Source of the DNA: Phoronis australis
Lineage: Eukaryota; Animalia; Phoronida
DNA length: 64,000 nucleotides
Reading direction: 5' to 3'
NCBI GenBank assembly: GCA_002633005.1
Contig: NMRA01000097.1
Span: forward strand, 1-64,000
Shown: piece after piece, positions 11,901 to 64,000 of the stretch
Layout: every line of letters begins with the position of its first letter
Position numbering within the stretch: position 1 is the stretch's first letter
The notes under the pieces: model-generated
Told to the model about the DNA's origin: nothing
The model's input: the letters and a program-made list of their open reading frames with translations, nothing else
Database searches by the model: none
Made by a program: the position numbers and the translations under genes

Positions 11901-14900
11901 GGAACAACCACCCATAATTCGAGTTTTTTTCTGAAGACCACCACCCATGAATTTTTATTTCTACTGCCGTCCCCCCCCTCCCACACGGATTTTACTGGAA
12001 CAGCCCTTATTTTATACAGCGGGTTAACATTCCTGATCAAACCTTGCACTATAGCCTGAGTAGAATGATTCAGTGTCTGTAACTTAATTCACTAGGACCT
12101 ATGTCATGAAAAGTGACTAAAAGACTTAAGTTATAAATCTGCTCTTGTGCTTCACACAACCCTTTGCGAGAAGTAATTAAATCTCATTCGAGTAAAATTG
12201 TAAAGTGTCTGAGAATAGACACATAACTGGTAGTTACTGGGATGCTTTCTAGACTGTGATTCCCTCATAATTTCTTGGCTAAACTACTTTTCAGCAACTG
12301 TGAAGTGGGGACGTAAGGTCAAATTTATACCTTAAGTCTTAAGTCACTGGTTGTTAAACAAACCCTAGGTCTCATCTCAAGTTTGTTGTACACGCTTGGT
12401 AAAGCATTATATCAGTCTGATCATTATACAAAAAATTTTACATGACTTTCGCGATATTCATACATTCTGGAATCACTTCAGATACTCCAATGCTAAGTGG
12501 TAATGCTGAAATCAAGTTAACCACAGCACCTGTTGACTTCTGCTTTATCATCAGCCTTTAAGTCCTTCAATTCCTGTTTGGCCACACAATTTTTGTTCAC
12601 CATCTCGTTAAGTGGAGGTGTACCCTTAGGCCCACAGTCACTGTGCTTGACAGCGAGAGTCCTTTGTGAATCTGGCACAACCTGTGTAAAACTGAGATCG
12701 TTACCAACATTATCCAGTTTTGTTACCAGCAAATTAGGATTACTCATAAACGATTAATCCATGACTTCATTTAAAAACACATAAATGGCTAAAGCACAGC
12801 ATTGAGGTTAATGCTGCACTTGAATAAAAAATGATTGGCTTTTTTCCATTTTTCAAAGGCCGGTTACCTGGCTACAAAATTAGAGGGGACCTTGCAAAAT
12901 GTTCTTTTATGACACCTACCATACACAGTACAAGCCATGCTAGTTATAGACTAGAGAATTCTCAATCTTCACTTTGGAAGAAATTTGACAAAAACAAATA
13001 GATTTCATTTGTCGGCCATATTGTGTGGTAAATAAGTGAAGAATTACCATGACTGATATACATACAACTATGGGAACTGAAAACCTTTGTTATCAAGGAC
13101 CAAATTAAACCATAAAATGATATATTTTCAAAATTCTCTATGATCATAGAAATTTTCAATGGACATGGAAATTATGCCCAGGTGTTAGTAACCTAGTCAT
13201 GGTGGTTTTACTGAAGAAACACTATTTTTTACGAAGACAGGCGAAAATCTTTGCCTATATATCTGTCAAAAACGAAGACTTCTGGGCTGGATTGCATAAA
13301 AACTCAAAAGTTCTCACCTCGACAAATTTGATTGTTGGATGGCATCAGGTGCATTGTTCTACAATAACAATGTGGCGCTTGATAATGCGACGCCATTGTT
13401 GCTATTCAGCGTATAACTTTTATGCAACTGGGTCCTGGTATTTTGAAATAATATTGAAGTCATCATCACACTTGCTGGCAAAGGCTTTCAGTTTCTGAGT
13501 CATTATTCCAGTGCGTATAATCTATAACAGTATGTTGAGAACCTTATGTGAACTACAACTGTACCGGAGAAGGAACAAAGATAGGCTTCAAAAATTTTCT
13601 TGTGGATATGGTGCTGCACGGGGTCTCTTTTCCAAATGTTGAAAATGGCGTGGTGGGCAGAGACCTGTCAACATCAGCTGAAACAGCGCTATCTGCCGGG
13701 CTAGGAAGGAATGATTCTTCACTGAAGGTTGACTCTGCAAAACTCCACCTGCTGTCTGGTCTTTCCGGCGCAGTCGTCAGGTAAAGGTTAATGCCTCTGT
13801 AATACTTCTGTAACACAAATAAGACAATATGCTAAGCATAATGGTGTGACTTTTGAAAATGCAAAACAACTACAGCAAGTTGACATCTGTCACTCCTTTT
13901 TGTATTTTAGTATCTTTTTTCAAGTAATGCTTAGGAACAGATCCTTGTATTATCAACTTCAGTTTCATAGCCATTTACAATGGGACGTGTTCTTGAAAGC
14001 AAAGCATCTACCTTTGGCAGTTTTTTGCTGTTCCACTTCTTGACAAACTTTTTGAAGAGTTCCTTGGCCTTTTCCGAGGACAGGCCCTCAAAGAACTTCT
14101 TCTTCTGCAAAGCACATGCCAACACGAGTGAGGCGCAAAACATCATTCAGGTGACAGAAAGGAATAGCTTGTTCAAAAATTTGATCATGTGGATTTGAAA
14201 GGTATGATTGTGCAACATGTTGTGCAGCATGGCATGCATACCTGTTAAGGCAGTAATACATAACTCAGATCCCTGTTCAGAATAATAAGGGATCATCCAT
14301 TATAAGACATTTGGAAAAGCACACAAAACCCACTCGTATTTGGAGGCACCCTCATCCCCAAATAAGTTCTCACAAAATGTGCTAATTTTCCTCCCTCCCT
14401 CCCCTTGAGAAGAAAAGCGTCCGTACCTTTCTTTGAGGGGAAAATACGCCAACATTCATTTTGAAGAAGTGATTCTAACTTTTAGGGTTTTTTATTTTTA
14501 ATCAATGGTAGGCAATTTTTAGGACTTATGGGGGAAATTTCACGTGATTTCAAATATTTCCAATGCATCCAGGGCCCTGAAATGTTTAAGTTGAAAATCT
14601 TTCTAAAGCTTATTGTGACATGATATGAAACAACAAAGAGTTTGTAATCCACAAGGTGTCGCTGGTGAAACAAAGTCATACCTGAAGAAAAAATCACGCT
14701 TTGTTGAATTCATGAAAGAGCTCTTGTCCCAGAAACATTCCCTTTGTTATCAACACTACCAGGGGAATATGAAGTGAGTAACCCAAAGCACAGCACATCA
14801 TTGATCATTCTGGGCCTTGAACGATACAATGTTAACAAAACAGCAAAACATTACCTCTTCAAGTAACCAGGTCTTGAATTCTAGACTCTTGTTGTAGAAG

Positions 14901-16917
14901 TCCTCCTTGGAAATTTTCTCTGCAGAATGCGCAAAGCAATGAGACAATAACACACACAATCACTTACAAAAATTAAAGCGGTAGTTCCTCTTCACTTTCA
15001 CCTTAAATTTGAAACCAAGAATGGTGCAGTTTCACTGAATTTAAATTTTGCTGCTAATACAAAAAATCTCTCACAAAACTTTCTAGTATGGGAAAGCACC
15101 AAGTAAATATCCATCATACCACATGAACACATGACAACATTTACAGACTGCATACAAGAAGGTTCACCTTCCACCCTGTTTCTCTCTTTTTTCCTCTCTC
15201 TTTTCTTCTCCTTTTCCACGCGTTTCTTAGCAACCCGTTTCACATTCTTGGGAGTCCTGTATTCTTCTGGATCTGCAAAACAACCAGATGCAATCAGATG
15301 CTTTTTAATAAAGTATCTGACATCATCATAATTGTCATTATCTTCCTCCTCACCATAGTCGGCATCATCAGCACCACCACCAAAATAAAAAAGTAATGGC
15401 CGAAACTTCCTTACACGAGAGAATCAAGGTACAGGAGAATATATCAAAAAATGAACAAATAACATAGCAATAAGCAACAAGATTCAAAATTAACAAGGGA
15501 ATTTATATTGACTGTAATTAACTCAGGTCCAAGTACCACAGACATGACAAAAATGCCAGGATACTGTTCCTAAGTCAGCTGCAGGAGCTTGACGCTGTAG
15601 CCAGACTGTATATAGAAAATGTTCTTGAATAACACCCAACACATTGTGACATCAAACCATAATGTAGTCAGTGTTTTCTATGAGTGGTTTGAGCTGGTCG
15701 CCGCCACCTATTTGATTTTTCTTCTGACCTTTTTAAATAGCGACTTAATTGATTTTTTCATTTTGAACAAAAAAGTATCATTTTCCATGTTCACTGCACA
15801 TGCATGCCATGCACACTGTCTAAATTTTCAAAGTTGTTGCAAACACGACATATTTGAATTTTTGAGTTTGGAGAACACTGTATGTCTAAAGGTTCTTTAT
15901 TTTAGCACTACTTTATGGCACAGTCACGGATTCACCTAAAAATGGGAAAAAATACAATACCCTATCTTTGTTATAAACTTATTAGCTGCATTCTCACAAT
16001 GCTTTTTAAGCGTGGTAGGCGCCAACCAAAAATCTTAAACTAGCTCCCATACGTTCAAATTTGACCACCATGCCCAGATTTGAGCCACCGTGCTCAAATG
16101 TTGACTGATTGTCATATCAAATGCAACTATAAATATGTGCTTATTGGGGCCACTAACCTGTAGAACGTTGAGTGACCAGTTAATCGTCAGTCTAAAGTTC
16201 TCACACCAATCTGAATCCTACCACTTTCATGGTCAAAGTTACTACCTATGATTTGAATTAAAAAGCCTTTCCAATTTTTTCATTACAAATCAAGCAACTA
16301 AAAGTATATAAATAAGACGAGAACAGCAAAATAAAGCCTAAATCAAGTGACACTATCTCTAATGTTTGGATGTTAATTATAATTCAAAATAAATGTTGAT
16401 GCATTTGCGCTTTACCCTATATCATGGCATTATCATGCCAATACATCTACATGTTACAGAATTTTTTTAAGTGCATGGCTAGATTCTGTTACCTGAGATT
16501 TCACTTTCAGAACCACTGGCACTACTTTGTGACTCTTCTGTTCGCCTACAAATAATCCATGTACAAAGTCATAAGTTAATACAGCATTGCAATCTCAGCA
16601 AAGTGACTAACATAATTTAAAAGCAGAGAGATGGCAGCTGTGGTGGTGTACAGGAGAGGTGTATTACAAAAAGAGGCCTTGTGGATGTAGTTGGAACGTC
16701 AACACTACACATGGCTGTGATTGCGACTGTAACTGAGCTTTGACTGAGTGTGGCTGTGACTGCGAGTGCGAGGCGAAGCCGACGGCTGTTCGTGGACAGT
16801 CTGTGGTATTGTGATAAACAAAGTGCTTAGGGATAACAAACAGCTCGAAAAAAACGGCTGAAACGGTAAATTCAACTAGTCGATACAAAAAGTAAATTTC
16901 AATATTTACGTTTCCAT
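8928..16917 (-). CDS. SCI1-like (style cell-cycle inhibitor 1-like) protein, ~314 aa, 9 coding exons
   Basis: Exons on -: 16917-16910, 16545-16493, 15272-15168, 14919-14855, 14104-14012, 13807-13565, 12681-12530 (or its copy 11350-11199), 10547-10424, 9029-8928. All are GT-AG and give one open frame of 945 nt. Translation: METRTEESQSSASGSESEISDPEEYRTPKNVKRVAKKRVEKEKKRERKKERNRVEEKISKEDFYNKSLEFKTWLLEEKKKFFEGLSSEKAKELFKKFVKKWNSKKLPKKYYRGI...HQEVERKKMKVLLEMSR...GYFQV*. The K-rich N-terminus plus IS.DDY..K..EF..WL.EE....F..LSS..A.ELF..FV..WN...L...YY.GI is the SCI1-family core as I recall it. The last four junctions are less certain; translation could instead end at the stop at 13553. Confidence 0.7.
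10682..12941. repeat. Near-identical ~930-bp direct duplication (10682-11611 and ~12008-12941) containing a duplicated 152-nt exon
   Basis: ORFs 11186-11416 and 12517-12747 translate identically. The copies differ by a few substitutions and small indels (e.g. tgaaattaac vs tgaaatcaagttaac). Copy 1 ends exactly at the single n at 11612. Confidence 0.9.
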
Positions 16918-18325
16918 TATTAGTTCCTGGATGCTTCTTCCAAAGCTTCAATTTGAATTGGCCGCCATTTTTATTTAACACAATCTGTCCCTAGAGGGCG
17001 CACCAACCCAAAATCTAAAATCTCATATTGTAACTTCCAGGGCAGACGTGATCTCATTGGGGAATTTTCTCGGAAAGAGACAACAAAAATCGACACTCTC
17101 GAACCAGCGCCCTCTATGCTGTCGCGAATCAACGAGCAGTGCGATCAGGGGTGCAATCGTGGCCGTTGAATTCGCTGCACAGTTCTCCAAATACCTTTTT
17201 AAATGACACTCGAGAATCCATGGCAACCGCAGCAATCCGATTTACTCACACATTTTATCTAATTTGTTGTCACGTGGCACCTTTTTGATGCCGGAAAATG
17301 TGATTTTTAGTTCTAACTTCGCAACGGCAATGGAGCGATGTCAGTCCTAATGGGGAGTCTATAATCATATAATGAGTGGATGTAGAAATGGACGCTGGTA
17401 ACGTGATGATTAACTCCGTTTGTAGTGTGCTGAATCCAAAGAGATGTTATTGTATCGGCAAACGGGCGTAACTAAAGAATTTTCAATCAACTGCAATGTT
17501 CATGGGCCAACCGAACGTGAAAACGGTCTCCTTAACCGGTAACGCGAGTGTTGCCGAAACAAGTTGTTACCGTCACTCCCGGTGTCGCGTGAAATTTCTT
17601 CCCCGTGAAATTTCTTCCCACTCGGACCCTTTTGCGCATGCGCGGNCGCTGGTATTTGAGAGTTTCTCGACAATTTGAAAAACAGGGAAGGGACGCTGCC
17701 GTCTGGAGTTGAGGCTAAACCGGGATCCCGAAGAAATGGTGGCGTTTTTTGTGTCAATCTTAATGGGAAGGTGTCCTATTTTTAGCTGCACCCTCTCCCG
17801 GTTCCGCGGTGCCGGTCAAATTGGTATTTTGGGAGCCTGTGCGGAGTTTCGGGGCGTGTGTATGGGACATATACCACGGGTTTGGTGTTTAACGGTAGGG
17901 GCATTTGATTTAGGGGATCGCAATGAGCTGGATTTGGGGACGTTCAACGTCCAACGACAGAATCGTTTGGCATCCCCTGTACTACGCTAAGTTTACGCCG
18001 TGTACCAGTAAGACGGTTGTCAGTGACATCTAGTGACCAAATTGTGAACTACTGAGAGTGACGAGAAGCGTCCACTAAAACTGAAAAAGGTTTTAAAATA
18101 TTGTCAGAGGTGAAATATTCAATTTATTTATTTATTTACTTAATTTAATAAAAACGCACAGAGCTGGGAATCTCTTGTTTTCCCAAAAACTAACAATGTG
18201 GCGACAGCTTACCACCACTAGCTACAGTTAGAACTAAACAAAGCAGTGAATCTTTTTGTCAGTGTTTCGACGCAGAAAACTGACCACTGCTTTGTAAAAT
18301 AGTGACAAGTAATAAACAAGGAATT
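16918..18325. promoter_or_regulatory. Probable bidirectional promoter between the SCI1-like gene (-) and KDM1A (+)
   Basis: Start codons diverge ~1.4 kb apart and the region is visibly richer in CpG than its flanks. YY1-type GCCGCCATTTT at 16961-16971 and NRF1-type TGCGCATGCGC at 17633-17643. Transcription start sites cannot be seen. Confidence 0.55.
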
Positions 18326-58467
<40,142 letters not shown>

Positions 58468-59484
58468 GAATGTCAATTGTGTCTTCAAAGCAATGTATTA
58501 AATGCATCAATTAGAAATGGGTCTATAACTGTGACGTCTCTCTCAGGACAAATTATGGTTTGTTGTCCTGGAGCAGGCGAAGCAACACCATTCTTGACAT
58601 TGCACGTCTTATGTTGTGGAGAGAAAGTCTAATAACAAATATCCAATGTGCTGCCATCATGAGGGTATCAAGCCCATCGTCAATTAGTGAACTCTCCTCG
58701 TTCGTGGAGGAAGAAAAATACATTGCATTAATGGTCTACTTTCATACATCAGGAACCCTCCTTAGTTGATTAAGAAGGGAAGAATTTTTAATTACAAATC
58801 CAGAACTGTCGTTTTGCCCATTTCTTCGTGTTAGCATTGCAACTCAAAGTTCAATTATACAAGTTTGTAGGTCAATGATGAATTACACAATAGTTAGGGT
58901 ATAAGATAGTGTCTTGTACATTTTCATTTGAAGAAGCTGGGCGTGTGTTTGACACGTTTTGCACCGTGGATAAAACTTTAGAATGAGAGTGCTGCTCCGC
59001 AGGATAAGCCTGTTATTTGAGCAGCTGTTCACGTCTTTGAGTTAACTTATTCTTGTAAGAAGATTTCGCTCAAGTCTTTGGGCCACTGTTTACATTTCTG
59101 TTTCTCCATATCTTAGCAACCAGTGCAAAATCCATAGCAACCAGTGGCAAGCTAATAAAACCTGCAACACTCCAAGCTGCACAATAGACTTGATCTTTTC
59201 AAAGTGATCAAATATCCATACATTTGGGTATGTTGTGAGGTTTTCAATTTTTACTTGGGCCAACCGAGTTCCAGAGTTGTTTTGTAATGCTTGTTTCAGG
59301 AGATACAAGTGCTTGCCCAGATGACACCTTAACACAAACTTAATGAGTCTCAGAATTTTAGTTTTGTGTTCTGTAATTCCTTGAATATGTTGTATTAACA
59401 TAAATTATGCTTTTCAGTTGCTAGATACTAAAGCAGTTGCTGTAGAAACGTGTCCGTGTATAATATATATTTTTGTTTTATGTA

Positions 59485-59490
59485 AATAAA
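59485..59490 (+). terminator. Candidate KDM1A polyadenylation signal AATAAA
   Basis: AATAAA ~1 kb after the stop, preceded by TGTA and T-rich sequence and followed by GT/T-rich sequence. An earlier AATAAA lies at ~59154. Confidence 0.45.
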
Positions 59491-61127
59491 CTTTTGTCAG
59501 GCTATAATTTTTTAGACAAGTATATGTGTTGTGAAAGGTATAACCCCAACACACGTAATTGGGCAACACAAAAATGCTCTAGGCCTTTACCATGGGTAGC
59601 TTTTGCAGACATTCTTCATAGGTGAAGGTAGGATTTAAGGGGTCCCAACCACAAATTTCGTTGGAAAGTATGCATAAGCATTAAAGTGGCGCACTCACGA
59701 GGTTTTTTGGTTGGGGGTGAGCCTGTGTTTGTGCGCAAGCCTGTTGGCGTTCATAGACTGTGCAAGTGCCCAATTGCTTTTGCAAACTGCTAAGTCTGGT
59801 AGCAGTTCTGCTGCCGTTCTGCCACTGGCAGCTGGATGTACTGTACATGGAGGCCATAGACATCACATGGTAGTATTAAGATGCCTATGGTGGAGGCACG
59901 TCAATGATTGGGGCCAGCGTTGCCCAGATGATGATCAATGAGAGCTACTCTTGTACATTCGTTGGTGGGCTTTGATGAAAAAGCGTAAAACTGACAGTTG
60001 GACTTGTGCCAATCAGAATGTGGTCATTTCATCTCACCTCACAGAGTAACATGACAATGGAGACGTGCACACCAAGCATCGGGGGCCTACAATTGATTAC
60101 GGAGGAAGTTCAGTTCTCGAAAAAAAAAAAACTATGCCACTACAATCAAACTTGCACGAATTCGTATCTCACATGGCTTATTCAGTCGAAAGGATACTCT
60201 ACTTTTAGCAATACTATCCCAAGCTGGTGCTGCCTCCTACACAAGTGTTCTGATACGTTTTGTTATCTGCACCAAAAAGTGAATCTAGAGATTCAATGTC
60301 GGTTTTTCAGTACAGCCATCTGTTAATTTGCCTCTGGTGAGCAGTGTTTGGAGGTTTCTTTTGAAGGTTGATGAGTGCAGCAGAGCATTACTTCATTTCA
60401 AAAATGTGTGTGATCTAAATGGTGCTTAGTATTAGTTAATTAGCTTAAACAGGGCTACAATTCTAGAGTCAACAGAAATTCCAGACTATGACCAGCAAGA
60501 TTTTGTATTTACAACTTGTGATATTTACAAATTTATACATACCAACAAAATTAAATGTACAATCTTTTATACACGATAGGTTTCTCTAAAATTACATGAC
60601 AACAAAAAAAACATGCTGGTTAACCATTACAGCACTAGTATTGCACAAGAGGCAATGTCCCAAAATACAGGTTGACCTTTGATTTACACCGAGGTCCTAA
60701 AGAAATACTGTTAAATTAATATCCAACAAAATTTCTGAAACTAAATAGAACATGAATCTCGAATTGAGGCTTTAGCAATGGATAACTGTGCAAACCCACA
60801 TCACGAGTGAATTGCACTGCAGAAGTTGAATGGTTCTTATAGTTGCAATGCCAATGGATGGTCAACGTGTCGATTCTATTTCGAAGTTCTTCACACTGAA
60901 AAACCGTAGGATGGTCAAATGTGTACATTCACTTGCATAAACCATACCAACAAAAAGAATGTTTTCCTACAAGAGGTGACTGACAGTATCAAAGGCATTA
61001 GAAGTCAATAAAACCTTTGCTGTCATGGCACACATCTGGCTTTCAGTGACTGCATAAAAGGCGAGGTTTCCCAGGACTTTAAAATGGATAATAATTATGT
61101 ACGTCTAGTTTCTTTGACCACCTTGTC

Positions 61128-62733
<1,606 letters not shown>

Positions 62734-62832
62734 CTGACAGAAACAGAAAATTAAAAGTCAACAGTCATTAAATACCAAACACACATAACAAGAATCTGGG
62801 GCCCGTTTTATGAAAACTGAATTATGACCAAC

Positions 62833-62930
62833 AATTTGTCTAAGACCAAAAATTTGTCTAAGACCAAAAATTTGTCTAAGACCAAAAATTTGTCTAAGAC
62901 CAAAAATTTGTCTAACTTAAGACCAAAATT
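62833..62930. repeat. 20-bp minisatellite, ~5 copies, inside a Harbinger-like MITE remnant
   Basis: Unit AATTTGTCTAAGACCAAAAA-like, directly after the TIR-like GGGGCCCGTTTTATGAAA at ~62798. Confidence 0.85.
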
Positions 62931-64000
62931 TGACCAAGATCGTTGAAATAATTAAGTTAGTTCTTGACATAGGTGAGCGTGCAAACTATGCTTTCGCTAC
63001 CTGTTGCAGAACTAAGAGGCGGTGTGTGAAATACGATTTCAAGGATAACCTTGGTCTTCAAACTCTAAATTGGAATTTATCTGCATTTTGGATACAATTA
63101 GGATCTTGTTTGTTTGAGAAGACCCTGGAAAGGCAGGAAAATGCCATTTCACGTGTGCTTATAAGTTGGACTGCACTGTCTGAACAGCCTTTGCCAGCAG
63201 TTATCGAATCGAAAGCAGACTATCTTCAATTTGATATTGTTTAGGGGCACTAGATTGTGAAAAATATCAACGAAATTTGTTCCTCAACAGTTTACAGTGG
63301 TAATAGTACTAAATTATAGTCATTGAGATCAAAAGTCAAATCTTAAGCCTACTCCAGTCTTAGCTTAAATCGAATTTGGTCTTAATTTCGGCCTTACGAA
63401 ATTTCAGTTTTAACATGTGCTGATAATTGAAGATATCGAAATCCTTAAGGAATGTGGGTCAAACACATTTGACTTATGCCCTAATTGTTGTCAAAAACTT
63501 ACTTTTCGCATTACATTTGAAGCTTCAGAGGTAGTTGACAGCGCGTATTAAATCTCTCTACACAATATGTCCAACAAGTAAAGTTTTACTTTATCATATT
63601 TTCCATGCAACATATGTAGCACGAGGATGTTCAAGTTTCAATGTTCAAGTTACCACAGTTACTACCAAACAAGGTTCTGAAAAGACGTGGGCATCCACAG
63701 CAATGTTTAGTAGACTTTGACAATCAAAAAAGGTCAGTTTTAGCATAGTTTTTGTCTGAAATTTTACCGTACATAAACTTTCCTCATGTAAAAATAGTAG
63801 TTTCATAGCTTTTCAACAAATTATCCGTAAGGATGTATAAGACAATGGCATGGAAATTTTTTACTTCAAGGTCAGGGTTCAAATCCTGTGTTGGCTGGCA
63901 GACTACGATCACTGCACTTAATGGACTTTCACCAACCTCTGTTCTTACTGGTAAATTAAGTGCACAAAAGGGAGGTAATGTGTTGAATATAGCGAGGATC

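Overview
Intron-rich, AT-rich animal (invertebrate-type) genomic DNA with two N-gaps (5087-5252, 21727-21951) and two single-n joins (11612, 17646). Genes from left to right: (1) the 3' end of a + strand gene encoding a Q/P-rich linker and a C-terminal CARD; (2) a ~3.2 kb degenerate tandem array inside Helentron/DINE-1-like elements, in which nearly every ~145-bp monomer carries a CTCF-like motif; (3) a 9-exon - strand gene for an SCI1-like (style cell-cycle inhibitor 1-like) protein, one exon of which appears twice, probably as a haplotype artefact; (4) head-to-head with it, a complete 18-exon KDM1A/LSD1 gene (+, 18326-58467, about 789 aa); (5) the last three coding exons of TRAPPC3/BET3 (-), convergent with KDM1A. 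The most striking feature is the ~19.9 kb intron 13 of KDM1A, in the middle of the amine-oxidase domain. It holds two complete multiple-cysteine-cluster Toll-like receptor genes, each with an uninterrupted CDS, in tandem on the antisense strand, with a perfect NF-kB-type site between them. Other leads are a possible microexon signal at the position of vertebrate neuronal LSD1 exon 8a, a Glu-to-Gly change in the LSD1 acidic substrate pocket, long inserts in the juxtamembrane LRRCT of both TLRs, and several very small transposon-like insertions with clean target-site duplications. All exon boundaries were read by eye from GT-AG signals and reading-frame continuity; no database searches were run.
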